Source of the DNA: Hellea sp.
GTDB lineage: Bacteria > Pseudomonadota > Alphaproteobacteria > Caulobacterales > Maricaulaceae
DNA: 64,000 nt
Assembly (NCBI GenBank): GCA_042093735.1
Contig: JBELEM010000004.1
Coordinates: 12,407-76,406, forward strand
Direction: 5' to 3'
Shown one piece after another: positions 10,470 through 20,435 of the stretch. The notes beneath the pieces are model-generated. The model did no database searches. It saw nothing but the letters and a program-made list of their open reading frames with translations, and had not been told where the DNA came from. Position numbers and translations under genes: made by a program. Position 1 is the stretch's first letter; the number at the start of each line of letters is the position of its first letter.

Positions 10470-10482
10470 ATGATTAATCAGT

Positions 10483-11205
10483 TTAAATCTCCGGTAGTAC
10501 TTTAGCGCGATGAGAATCCAAATATCGAGCAGATACTATTGTATTAATGTCAGAACCAAATTCAATTAAAAGAGGATTTCCTGTGGGAAATTCGTAATTA
10601 GGAATTTCTTTATCGTTAACTTTAAAAAGGTCTTTTAATATCGCCCTTAAACTATTTCCATGTGCTGAAATAATTAAGTTTTTCTTATCGTTTATGAAAG
10701 GTGCAATTGAAGATGAAAAGTATGGCAATACGCGGTCGCAGGTCATTTTCAAACTCTCTCCAGACGGAAGCACCTCAGGGTCTACATTACTATATTTTAA
10801 GTCATGAATTGGATGATACTTATTTTGTTTGTCAATTTTTGGAGGCGGTATATCAAAACTTCTTCTCCAGATATGGACTTGATCATCGCCGTATTTAGAT
10901 CTTGTTTCTTGCTTATTACACCCAGTAAGGGCTCCATAATGCCGCTCATTTAACCTCCAATCTTTGATTACAGGTAAATGAAATTGATTTGCGGCCTCTA
11001 AGGACAACCACAATGTTTTGATAGCCCTGCGTTGAAGACTTGTAAAAGCTCGGTCAAATACAATACCTTCTTTAGCTATTAATTCTCCTGATTTAATAGC
11101 CTCGTTTACCCCTGTATTGGTGAGACCAACATCAACCCATCCGGTAAAACGATTTTGAAGGTTCCATTCTGATTGTCCATGACGGACTAAGACAATAAAT
11201 GCCAT
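10483..11205 (-). CDS. gpmA: 2,3-bisphosphoglycerate-dependent phosphoglycerate mutase
   Basis: Motifs RHGQSEWN, LNERHYGAL and AHGNSLR. Confidence 0.97.
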   Translation of the reverse strand: MAFIVLVRHGQSEWNLQNRFTGWVDVGLTNTGVNEAIKSGELIAKEGIVFDRAFTSLQRRAIKTLWLSLEAANQFHLPVIKDWRLNERHYGALTGCNKQETRSKYGDDQVHIWRRSFDIPPPKIDKQNKYHPIHDLKYSNVDPEVLPSGESLKMTCDRVLPYFSSSIAPFINDKKNLIISAHGNSLRAILKDLFKVNDKEIPNYEFPTGNPLLIEFGSDINTIVSARYLDSHRAKVLPEI

Positions 11206-11217
11206 ATTGTAAATTCC

Positions 11218-14040
11218 TTAATGAGCATCATTCCAGTTTTTTGCAGCATGCGCTTCTACAACCAATGGAACAGATATATCAACAGCAGGCATTGCCGCAT
11301 TTTGCATGGTTGTAGTAACTATTTCAATTAGTTCATTTGCATTTGCTTCAGGCACCTCAAAGATAAGTTCATCATGCACCTGTAATAGCATTTTTGAACC
11401 ATCTATAGGTTTTATATTATTAGGTATTCTTATCATGGCTCGACGTATTATGTCTGCTGCAGAACCCTGAATTGGGGCATTTATGGCTTGTCGCTCAGCG
11501 AAACCCCTAATAGCAGGATTCCTGTCTTTAATTCCTTTAATGTGACATTTACGGCCGAAAAGGGTTTTAACATAACCATATTCCCTAGCCTCATTCTTTG
11601 CATTCTCCATGTAATCTTTGATACCAGGAAATTTTATAAAGTAATTTTTGATATATTCACTCGCTTCTGTACGTGATATTCCTAGGTTATTAGCTAAGCC
11701 AAATGCAGAAATTCCATAAATAATACCAAAGTTTATAGCTTTTGCTCGCCGTCTAGTTGAAGCATCCATGTCTGATAGCTTTACATTAAAAATCTCAGAT
11801 GCCGTTAACGCATGAATATCTACACCATCAGAAAATGCTTTCTTCATAGTTGGAAGATTAGCAGTGTGTGCTAACAAACGTAACTCAATTTGCGAGTAGT
11901 CGGCGGCAATTAATAAATGATCAGGCTCAGCTATAAATGCATCTCTAATTTTACGACCATCCTCGGTTCGAATGGGAATGTTTTGCAGGTTAGGGTCTGA
12001 CGAGGACAGCCGGCCCGTCGTAGTTGCTGCCAGTGAAAAACTAGTATGAACTCTTCCGGTTCTCGAGTTAATTTTTTGCACCAGAGCATCAGTATAAGTC
12101 GATTTTAATTTGGAATAATGTCGCCACTCAAGAATGATTTGTGGTAGCTTTTCTCCCTTTTCCGCAAGCCCCTCTAGAACACCCGCACCTGTTTGCCAAG
12201 CTCCAGTTTTTGTTTTCTTACCTCCTTGCAGCTTCATCTTGTCGAAAAGAATTTCTCCTAATTGTTTAGGCGATCCTAAATTAAACTGCTGCCCAGAGAG
12301 CAAATAAGCTTCAGCCTCAAAATGTTCCATTTTTTGGGCAAATAACGCTGACAGGCGGGCGAGCTCAGCTCTATCAACTCTAATACCATTATTTTCCATA
12401 TCTGCTATTATCGATGGCAAAGGTCGTTCTAGAGTTTCATAAACTGTTTTCACCTTTTCAGTTACTAACTTAGGCTTTAAATACTTCCATAAACGCAGCG
12501 TAATATCCGCATCCTCTGCAGCATAAGGAGTAGCAACTTCAAGAGATAATTCATCGAAGGTTTTCTTATTTTTCCCCGTCCCCACTAACTCTTTAAAAGA
12601 AATTGGTTTATGACCAAAATGAAGCTCCGAAAGGCCATCCATTCCATGATTATGCAATCCAGCTGCTAAAGCATAAGATATCAACATTGTATCATCATAA
12701 GGTGCAACATTTATTCCATATCTTTGCAGCACACCTATATCATACTTAAAGTTCTGCCCAACTTTTAGAACTGACTCAGACTCTAGCAGAGGCTTCAACA
12801 TTTTAATCGCTGATGATAGTTCAATTTGCTGCGGCTTGTCATCCCCGAACATGTCTCCGGTTCCAATATGACCCAAAGGAACATAACAAGCGTCATTGTC
12901 ACTAATAGATAAACTTATACCAACTAAATCAGCAGAAGAACTATCTAAACTATTGGTTTCCAAATCCACAGCTAATACCTCAGCATCAAGGCAACGGTGT
13001 ATCCACTTCTCGAGTAATTCCTCTGACTGGATGCATTCATACTTTGTTAAATCGAAAATAATATTTTTTGGACTTTTAAGGGATCCAGGAGTTATAAAAT
13101 TCGGCTGACTATCATCCTTACGTATACCATCTGTCTTACCCTCACCTAAAGCCAATCGCACTCTATTAGTTAATGTGTTAAATTGCATCTTTTCTAAAAA
13201 ATCAAATAAAACAGGTATATCTGGATCAGTTACAGCCGTATCCTCTAATGGAAACTCCAACTCAACATCAGTTTTCAAGGTGACCAACTCCAATGAAATT
13301 CGAGCATTATCAATATTAGCCATCATTTTTTCTCTTCGCCCTTTTTGGGGGATTTCATCACAACGCTGAAGTAATGTCTCCAAGTCGCCAAACTGCTCGA
13401 GAAGTACCACAGCAGTCTTAACTCCAATACCTGGTACTCCTGGAATATTATCGACAGAATCTCCAGCCAATGCTTGAATTTCAATTACTCGTTCAGGTGG
13501 CAAACCAAATTTTTCTATTACTTGAGGAATACTTATCTTTTTATTTTTCATAGTATCAAGCATTGATATTTTATTCGATACAAGCTGCATTAAATCCTTA
13601 TCTGAACTAATAATAGTAACCCTGGCACCCTTAGCCTCAGCCTGTCTGGCATAAGTTGCTATTATATCATCAGCCTCATAGCCCTCCATTTCAATTGCAG
13701 GAGCTCCAAAAGCACGTGTTGCGTCACGAGTTAGGGGGAATTGGGGAATTAAGTCTTCTGGTGTTTCAGAACGATTTGCTTTATATTCATCATAAATATC
13801 GTTCCTGAATGTGTGACTTCCTTTATCAAAGATTACAGCAAAGTGCGTAGGACGATCTTCATTGTTTTGATCCCTTAATAATTTAAAGATCATATTCGAA
13901 AATCCAGCAACTGCTCCTATTGGCATGCCATCTGACTTGCGGGTCAAGGGAGGAAGTGCGTGGTAAGCTCGAAATATGTACCCAGACCCGTCAACTAAAA
14001 CGACATGTGAATTTTTATCGACTGGGGCCGTAATACGCAT
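11218..14040 (-). CDS. polA: DNA polymerase I
   Basis: 5'-3' exonuclease (LVDGS..FRAYHA), 3'-5' exonuclease (DLET) and polymerase motifs DYSQIELR, KAINFGIIYG and VHDE. Confidence 0.98.
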   Translation of the reverse strand: MRITAPVDKNSHVVLVDGSGYIFRAYHALPPLTRKSDGMPIGAVAGFSNMIFKLLRDQNNEDRPTHFAVIFDKGSHTFRNDIYDEYKANRSETPEDLIPQFPLTRDATRAFGAPAIEMEGYEADDIIATYARQAEAKGARVTIISSDKDLMQLVSNKISMLDTMKNKKISIPQVIEKFGLPPERVIEIQALAGDSVDNIPGVPGIGVKTAVVLLEQFGDLETLLQRCDEIPQKGRREKMMANIDNARISLELVTLKTDVELEFPLEDTAVTDPDIPVLFDFLEKMQFNTLTNRVRLALGEGKTDGIRKDDSQPNFITPGSLKSPKNIIFDLTKYECIQSEELLEKWIHRCLDAEVLAVDLETNSLDSSSADLVGISLSISDNDACYVPLGHIGTGDMFGDDKPQQIELSSAIKMLKPLLESESVLKVGQNFKYDIGVLQRYGINVAPYDDTMLISYALAAGLHNHGMDGLSELHFGHKPISFKELVGTGKNKKTFDELSLEVATPYAAEDADITLRLWKYLKPKLVTEKVKTVYETLERPLPSIIADMENNGIRVDRAELARLSALFAQKMEHFEAEAYLLSGQQFNLGSPKQLGEILFDKMKLQGGKKTKTGAWQTGAGVLEGLAEKGEKLPQIILEWRHYSKLKSTYTDALVQKINSRTGRVHTSFSLAATTTGRLSSSDPNLQNIPIRTEDGRKIRDAFIAEPDHLLIAADYSQIELRLLAHTANLPTMKKAFSDGVDIHALTASEIFNVKLSDMDASTRRRAKAINFGIIYGISAFGLANNLGISRTEASEYIKNYFIKFPGIKDYMENAKNEAREYGYVKTLFGRKCHIKGIKDRNPAIRGFAERQAINAPIQGSAADIIRRAMIRIPNNIKPIDGSKMLLQVHDELIFEVPEANANELIEIVTTTMQNAAMPAVDISVPLVVEAHAAKNWNDAH

Positions 14041-14092
14041 TGAGAATCCTTCTTTATTCTCTTTTGGGGCCCCAATTGACTTTATTCAATAG

Positions 14093-14134
14093 AAAGGGTT
14101 GTATTTAACTTAATAAATTTGAAATAAACCCTTT
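14093..14134. terminator. Hairpin downstream of the zf-CHCC gene (possible terminator)
   Basis: AAAGGGTTGTATTT...AAATAAACCCTTT inverted repeat with one bulge, overlapping the zf-CHCC stop codon. Confidence 0.4.
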
Positions 14135-14306
14135 ATGCAACTTTTAGTTTAAAGATCTGATCACAATATTTGCATTTTGCAGTATTATTCTGACCCATAT
14201 CTATAAAAATTCTTGGATGTCCTAATGCCCCCCCAGGGCCATCGCAGCTTATTCGCCTTGATGTTACAATAGTAATCTGAGATTGAGACTTTGAAGGTTT
14301 TGGCAT
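14133..14306 (-). CDS. Small zinc-finger protein (zf-CHCC, NDUFS6/NUMM-like); not in the ORF track
   Basis: Hand translation: MPKPSKSQSQITIVTSRRISCDGPGGALGHPRIFIDMGQNNTAKCKYCDQIFKLKVA* (57 aa), with the CDG..GHP...CxYC signature. Confidence 0.9.
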   Translation of the reverse strand: MPKPSKSQSQITIVTSRRISCDGPGGALGHPRIFIDMGQNNTAKCKYCDQIFKLKVA

Positions 14307-14424
14307 ATTTAAATATCGCTTCTTAATTTCTTTAGTTAAACTACTAATACTAAAAAATAACCATAAACATAGTACTTATTTTTGTAAAACTAGTCTGTCA
14401 GTATATTTTCGTATAACCAAGACC

Positions 14425-15849
14425 TCAAGTCTCATCAAAATCATACAAGCTAATCCCTCTCCTTCTTTCATCAAAACTAATAATTCTATTTAGTGGTGCG
14501 TGTGCCCTTTGTCTGCAGTGGGGACGCTCACATAAATGACAATTTACACCAATTTTTGAAGGCCGCGGGTTATTAAGGTTGTACTTTTCGGCATAAACTA
14601 ATCTTGGTGCATAAGCTATGTCACAACCAAGACCTATCGCTAATTTTTGAAGAGGGTTTTTGTAGGTACCGTTACTTCTTACTACCATTTTAGCGATAGA
14701 GAAATAAGTTGTATCATCAGGCATTTGTATAATTTGAGTAACTGTTTTATCTGGAGTTAAAAAACATTCATGTATGTTCCATATTGGGCAAGCTCCCCCA
14801 AATCTACTAAAATGAAAACGTCCCGCGCTAAACCTTTTTGAAACATTGCCTGCAACATCAATACGAACAAAGAAAAAAGGTATACCACGTGCATCGGGCT
14901 TTTGGAGTGTTGTAAGACGATGCGCAGTTTGCTCAAAACTAGTACCAAATCTATGACATAAAAGATCAACATCGTATTTACTATTTTCAGCTTCTTTAAG
15001 AAATTGGTCATACGGCATTAAAATGGCAGCTGCAAAATAATTTGCTAATGTCGTACGGCAAAGGCCTTCAGCCTCCAATCCATTTAAATCAGCAGTGCCA
15101 ACTACTTCATCAATTAAATCGCGATACTCTAATATACTAATTTGATAGGCTAGCTGAAATCGGCGACCAGACTGAGGTAAAAGTTCTGAAAGATTTATTC
15201 GCTTAGAATGGCGATCAAAATATCTCAGCATTTGCGGCATAATATCTACAGGGACTACTCTCACTGAGATACCATGCTTTTCTTGAAGCCTCTTGGTTAA
15301 TGTCGTTCCAGTTTGAGCCCTATTATATCCCAATTCTTTAGCTAGCTTTTCAGCTGCAGCGTCTAATGCAGGAAAATAATTTTTTTGTTTATGTAAAAAA
15401 CGCCTTACAGAATCAACTGCCTGCGACGATTGCTCCAGTAGTTCTACATTTTCATCATTTTTATTTTCACTATCACGCAAAGTTGCATCACGATGCTTTC
15501 CATATAATTTAATCAAAGACCGAGCAGCACTTGGACTCACGCTTACTAAATCTTCTGCTTCATTTTTTGAAAGAGAGTCACCTTTAAAAATTGGGTCCCT
15601 TAAAGTTTCATACACTTCAGCAACTAAGTGTGCATCTCCAGCTCCAGTAAAACTAGCAATATCAAAATCATAAATTTCAGCCATACGAAGTAAAACTTTT
15701 GCAGATAGCGATCTCTGATTACGTTCCATTAGATTTAAATAGGATGTAGATATACCTAAATCTTCAGCCATACGCGATTGAGTTAATCCCAGAGTTTTTC
15801 TAAATCTGGCGATACGAGGACCAATAAGAAGCTTTTCATTACTAGGCAT
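14425..15849 (-). CDS. ramB: Short-chain fatty acyl-CoA regulator (ScfR/RamB family, XRE HTH)
   Basis: N-terminal XRE HTH (LGISTSYLNLMERNQR), ANYFAAAILMPY and C-terminal IGVNCHLCER...CRQRA; divergent from aceBA. Confidence 0.85.
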   Translation of the reverse strand: MPSNEKLLIGPRIARFRKTLGLTQSRMAEDLGISTSYLNLMERNQRSLSAKVLLRMAEIYDFDIASFTGAGDAHLVAEVYETLRDPIFKGDSLSKNEAEDLVSVSPSAARSLIKLYGKHRDATLRDSENKNDENVELLEQSSQAVDSVRRFLHKQKNYFPALDAAAEKLAKELGYNRAQTGTTLTKRLQEKHGISVRVVPVDIMPQMLRYFDRHSKRINLSELLPQSGRRFQLAYQISILEYRDLIDEVVGTADLNGLEAEGLCRTTLANYFAAAILMPYDQFLKEAENSKYDVDLLCHRFGTSFEQTAHRLTTLQKPDARGIPFFFVRIDVAGNVSKRFSAGRFHFSRFGGACPIWNIHECFLTPDKTVTQIIQMPDDTTYFSIAKMVVRSNGTYKNPLQKLAIGLGCDIAYAPRLVYAEKYNLNNPRPSKIGVNCHLCERPHCRQRAHAPLNRIISFDERRRGISLYDFDET

Positions 15850-15859
15850 AATATTTCTT

Positions 15860-15956
15860 TTTACAAGTTTTACAAAAATTACTAAATATATTCAACATAG
15901 TTTACAAAAATACCTAGATTTTACAACTAATTATAGAAAAAATATTTTTATGTAAA
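15860..15956. promoter_or_regulatory. Putative RamB/ScfR operator array (TTTACAA repeats)
   Basis: TTTACAA at 15860, 15869, 15901 and 15920, plus an inverted TGTAAA at 15951, in the divergent promoter region. Confidence 0.6.
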
Positions 15957-15994
15957 TATAGTAAAAACATAAAGTCACAATAAAGGTACTTGTC

Positions 15995-17620
15995 ATGGAA
16001 GATATAAATTCACGTCCAATTCCTAGGCATAGGGTATTAGCAAAAGTTATTAATTCAAAAAAATTAGACTTTGAAAAAATACTTTCCCCTGATGCACTCT
16101 TATTTTTGGCAGATCTAGAAAGAAGATTTGGCCCACAACGTCGAATTTTACTTGATAACCGAGAACTTCAACAAGAGAGGTATGACGACGGTGAACTACC
16201 TACTCAACCTAAAGAAACTGCCCATGTTAGAAATTCATTGTGGGAAGTTGCGCCGAGTCCTAAAACTCTACAAGACAGAAGAGTTGAAATCACTGGTCCT
16301 GTTGATCGAAAAATGATGATTAATGCACTTAATTCAGGTGCAAAAATGTTCATGGCAGATTTTGAAGACGCTAGTAGTCCTACATTTTATAATATGTTAA
16401 ATGGTCAGGTAAACATGTATGACTATGCACGAGAGCAGTTAAAATTAAATACTGAAAAAAAATCTTACAAGTTAAATCCAACTACAGCTACTATGCTTGT
16501 TAGACCACGGGGGTGGCATCTCGAAGAGACTAACATAACAGTTGATGGCCACCCTATGAGCGCAAGCCTTGTAGATTTCGGTCTTCACATTTTCCACAAT
16601 GGCTCATTATTAGCAAAGAATGAAAAGGGCCCTTTTTATTATTTACCCAAAATAGAATCTTACCAAGAAGCCAGGTTGTGGAATGACGTGTTTAATTTCT
16701 CACAGGCAATATTAGACATACCTAATGGAACAATCAAATCAACTGTATTGATTGAAACACTTCCTGCCGCTTTTCAGATGGAAGAAATTCTCTATGTTCT
16801 GAGAAATCATATAACTGGACTTAACTGTGGACGTTGGGATTATATTTTCAGTTATATAAAGACTCTTCGCAATCACAAAGAATATTTACTCCCAGACAGA
16901 GATCAAGTGGGAATGGATAGAGACTTTTTATCTGCTTATGCATCGCGTCTAATACAAGTTTGTCACAAAAGACGCGCTCATGCCATGGGGGGAATGGCAG
17001 CGCAAATACCTGTAAAAAATGATGATGATGCTAACAAAGCCGCTTTTGACAAAGTAAAAAAGGATAAGGAGCGCGAAGCGAAGCTTGGCCATGATGGTAC
17101 CTGGGTAGCACATCCGGACTTAGTATCAGTAGCTATGAATGTTTTTAATAAAGAAATGCCATCTAAACATCAAATTCTAAAAAAACGCCAATCCCCAAGA
17201 ATAACGGACGAAGCAATGCTGTCTCCACACAGAGGAAGTGTGACTGAAAAGGGCGTCAGAACTAATATTGAAGTTGGAATTAAATACATAGCTGCTTGGC
17301 TTTCAGGAAAAGGTGCAGTTCCCATTCATAACTTAATGGAAGATGCTGCTACAGCAGAGATATCTCGGTCTCAGATATGGCAGTGGTTAACTCATCGGGC
17401 AACTGTCAAAATGGAAGGTGGATATTCTGAAACACTTACCCGAAGGTTATATGACCGCCTATACAACGAGGAAATAATGAAAATCACCGAAGAATTAGGT
17501 GTTGAAAGTTATAATAACGGCCGCTTTCCAGAGGCAGCAGAGCTGTTCACAAAGTCAGCAACTGCTCAGGTATTACCTAATTTTTTAACCATACCAGCGT
17601 ATCAAATATTGGAGAATTAA
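15995..17620 (+). CDS. aceB: Malate synthase A
   Basis: Motifs DRRVEITGP, VRPRGWHL, LNCGRWDYIFS and MEDAATAEISR; 541 aa. Confidence 0.96.
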   Translation: MEDINSRPIPRHRVLAKVINSKKLDFEKILSPDALLFLADLERRFGPQRRILLDNRELQQERYDDGELPTQPKETAHVRNSLWEVAPSPKTLQDRRVEITGPVDRKMMINALNSGAKMFMADFEDASSPTFYNMLNGQVNMYDYAREQLKLNTEKKSYKLNPTTATMLVRPRGWHLEETNITVDGHPMSASLVDFGLHIFHNGSLLAKNEKGPFYYLPKIESYQEARLWNDVFNFSQAILDIPNGTIKSTVLIETLPAAFQMEEILYVLRNHITGLNCGRWDYIFSYIKTLRNHKEYLLPDRDQVGMDRDFLSAYASRLIQVCHKRRAHAMGGMAAQIPVKNDDDANKAAFDKVKKDKEREAKLGHDGTWVAHPDLVSVAMNVFNKEMPSKHQILKKRQSPRITDEAMLSPHRGSVTEKGVRTNIEVGIKYIAAWLSGKGAVPIHNLMEDAATAEISRSQIWQWLTHRATVKMEGGYSETLTRRLYDRLYNEEIMKITEELGVESYNNGRFPEAAELFTKSATAQVLPNFLTIPAYQILEN

Positions 17621-17622
17621 TC

Positions 17623-19221
17623 ATGGCTTACTCAAAAATACTAAATGATCTCAGGAAACGATACCCTAATGGAGCTCCGGCTGGTATTAATTTAGATAAT
17701 TTAGCGCAACTCAAAGTACAAAATACATTTGAAACTCATCTTGATATTGCGAAGTCTATGGCAACACAAATGAGAAAAGACATGGCCGCATATGACAAAG
17801 ACACGAGTAAATTTACTCAATCTTTGGGGTGTTGGTCAGGGTTTCATGCTATGCAAATGATGCGTGCCATAAAACGACAAAAAGGTTCACTTGATGGCGC
17901 CTACGTATATTTATCTGGATGGATGGTTGCTGGATTAAGAAATAGATTTGGTCACTTACCAGATCAATCAATGCATGAGAAAACTTCTGTTGTTGATCTA
18001 ATACAAGAAATCTACACCTCTCTACGACAAGCAGATGAAGTTGAACTTAATGATCTATTCTCTAGCTTGAAACTAGCTGAAAACGATAAAGAAAAAGTAC
18101 AAATTATTACTAAGATTGACGCTCATGAAACATACGTGAGACCTATAATAGCTGACATCGATGCTGGCTTTGGGAATGTACACGCAACTTATCTGCTAGC
18201 AAAAGAAATGATCAAAGCTGGGGCTTGTTGTCTGCAAATTGAAAATCAAGTTTCCGATGCAAAACAATGTGGCCATCAAGACGGAAAAGTAACAGTTCCA
18301 CGTGAAGATTTTATTGAAAAGTTGCGCGCCTGCAGAATGGCCTTTGAAGAACTTGGGGTTAATGATGGCGTAATCGTAGCACGCACTGATAGTTTGGGGG
18401 CTGGTTTGACACAAAAAATACCGGTTTCAAAAAAAGTTGGAGACTCTGCATATGAATATACTAAATGGTTAGAAACTGAAGAAATAACTGATAATAACCC
18501 ACTTTCTGAAGGTGACATTGCGCTTTTCATTAACAATAAGTTGCAAAAACCTGTCAGACTTCCAAACGGCTTATATAAGTTTCAGCCCAATACAGGCGAG
18601 GAAAGAGTTATTGAAGACTGTATATCAAGCTTGAATGATGGAGGAGCTGACCTTCTATGGATAGAAACTGCTACTCCTAATGTTGCTCAAATAGCGTCAA
18701 TGGTTTCTAAAATAAGAGAAAAAGCCCCACACGCAAAATTGGCATACAATAATTCGCCTTCTTTTAACTGGACATTAAATTTACGAAAACAAGTAAGAGA
18801 AGAGTGGGTATTATCAGGTGTAATAAACGGGGATGAGTACCCAAGCGATACAAAGCTCATGTCCGCAAAATATGACGAAGACAAATTAGGACTTGAAGCT
18901 GACTTAAGGCTACAAAACTTTCAAACTGATATCTCCCGTGAGGCGGGGGTCTTCCATAATCTTATCACCCTACCTACTTTCCACGGTACAGCAAAAGTAA
19001 TGAATGATCTTTCGGAGGGTTATTTTGGCGATCAAAAAATGTTAGCTTATGTTAAAAACATACAAAGAGAAGAAATACGTACAAATGTTTCTGCGGTTAA
19101 GCATCAGCATGAAGTTGGATCCAATCTTGGTGATAATTTTAAAGAAATGACCGGAGGAGAAAAAGCTTTAAAAGCTGGAGGTAAGCATAATACAATGAAT
19201 CAATTTGAAAATGCAGCTTAG
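17623..19221 (+). CDS. aceA: Isocitrate lyase (long, about 530-aa type)
   Basis: Motifs YLSGWMVA, DIDAGFG, ENQVSDAKQCGH and YNNSPSFNW. Confidence 0.96.
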   Translation: MAYSKILNDLRKRYPNGAPAGINLDNLAQLKVQNTFETHLDIAKSMATQMRKDMAAYDKDTSKFTQSLGCWSGFHAMQMMRAIKRQKGSLDGAYVYLSGWMVAGLRNRFGHLPDQSMHEKTSVVDLIQEIYTSLRQADEVELNDLFSSLKLAENDKEKVQIITKIDAHETYVRPIIADIDAGFGNVHATYLLAKEMIKAGACCLQIENQVSDAKQCGHQDGKVTVPREDFIEKLRACRMAFEELGVNDGVIVARTDSLGAGLTQKIPVSKKVGDSAYEYTKWLETEEITDNNPLSEGDIALFINNKLQKPVRLPNGLYKFQPNTGEERVIEDCISSLNDGGADLLWIETATPNVAQIASMVSKIREKAPHAKLAYNNSPSFNWTLNLRKQVREEWVLSGVINGDEYPSDTKLMSAKYDEDKLGLEADLRLQNFQTDISREAGVFHNLITLPTFHGTAKVMNDLSEGYFGDQKMLAYVKNIQREEIRTNVSAVKHQHEVGSNLGDNFKEMTGGEKALKAGGKHNTMNQFENAA

Positions 19222-19224
19222 TTA

Positions 19225-19956
19225 TTAAAATACGTCCTTAGCAGCACGGATTTCTCCTAATCGCGCTGCTGAAACAGCCCTAAGAAATGGATTGCATTTT
19301 TTTTCTGCGCCAACAGTTGTTGGTACAGTGGGTAAACCACTTGCCCTTAACTCTTTGGCTTTTGAAATATAATTCTTTAAATCATTATTTGTAGGCTCAA
19401 CCGTCAAAGCAAATTCTGCATTAGATAGTGTATATTCATGAGCACAGTACAATTTAGTATCATTAGGAAAGTTAGATATTTTTTTTAATGAGCTATACAT
19501 ATCCTCTTTTGATCCTTCAAATAATCGACCGCAACCTAATGCAAATAATGTATCTCCCACAAAAGCTGACCTAGCATCTGGGATATAGTAAATTATGTGG
19601 TCTACTGTATGACCAGGCGTTGAGAATACATGCACCGCATGAGCGCCAAGTCTAAAAGTTTCTCCTCCGAAAAGTGGGTGACTAAGGCCTGGAATTCTGC
19701 CCTTCACAATTCCAGGTCCATATATCTTAGTATCAAATTTCTTTTTTAGATCTAAGTTCCCCCCAGTATGATCTGCATGATGATGAGTGTTCCATATTTG
19801 AGTTAAGTTCCAAGATCGCTCAGAACATGCGGCCTCAATTTTATCCACCTCAGGCGTATCAATAGAAACGGTTTCACCGGTACCATTATCATGAATTAGA
19901 AAACCATAGTTATCATTTAAACAAGGAAATAAAACGATCTCTAATTGATTACTCAT
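19225..19956 (-). CDS. gloB: Hydroxyacylglutathione hydrolase (glyoxalase II)
   Basis: Motifs THHHADH, GDTLFALGCGR and CAHEYT. Confidence 0.95.
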   Translation of the reverse strand: MSNQLEIVLFPCLNDNYGFLIHDNGTGETVSIDTPEVDKIEAACSERSWNLTQIWNTHHHADHTGGNLDLKKKFDTKIYGPGIVKGRIPGLSHPLFGGETFRLGAHAVHVFSTPGHTVDHIIYYIPDARSAFVGDTLFALGCGRLFEGSKEDMYSSLKKISNFPNDTKLYCAHEYTLSNAEFALTVEPTNNDLKNYISKAKELRASGLPTVPTTVGAEKKCNPFLRAVSAARLGEIRAAKDVF

Positions 19957-20035
19957 AATTTAATTCACCCGTTCAAAAGAAAAAATAATATTAAAATGGA
20001 AGAAATTATAAATGTTGATTTCATATTGGTCCATA

Positions 20036-20431
20036 TTAATTACTTTTATATGACCTTGATATGTTACCAGTAACCCATAAAATAGATACAATTAATGGAA
20101 ACTGAAGAACAACTCTTAACCAAAGTATAGTTGGAGTTGCAGACATTTCTCCAAAAGGAACATTATTCATTGCCATATATATATTCGCAGGAAGAACAGC
20201 CAATAAAAAAGGGGCTAGTAGAAGTCCGGCGAGTTTTCTATATCTAGGTAGTACAAGAAAAACTGCAAAAACTAATTCCATAAAACCCGTAATCCACACA
20301 ATAAGTTTAGGAAAAGGAATAGATGGAGGCACAATTGCTGTAAAGCTCTCCTCCTGAACAAAATGCATTAAACCGGCATAAAAAAAGAAAATAGCAAAAA
20401 ACCAAGAACCCAAAGCCTTCAAGTTCTTCAT
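20036..20431 (-). CDS. DoxX-like membrane protein
   Basis: Four hydrophobic segments with AGLMHF, IVPP and PANIYMA. Start placed at ATG 20431, just after the prfA stop. Confidence 0.7.
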   Translation of the reverse strand: MKNLKALGSWFFAIFFFYAGLMHFVQEESFTAIVPPSIPFPKLIVWITGFMELVFAVFLVLPRYRKLAGLLLAPFLLAVLPANIYMAMNNVPFGEMSATPTILWLRVVLQFPLIVSILWVTGNISRSYKSN

Positions 20432-20435
20432 AAAA

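Noticed and set aside
14064-14075. Perfect palindrome TTGGGGCCCCAA upstream of polA
   Set aside because: Only one copy noticed, with no loop and no match to an operator I recognise; no function can be supported.
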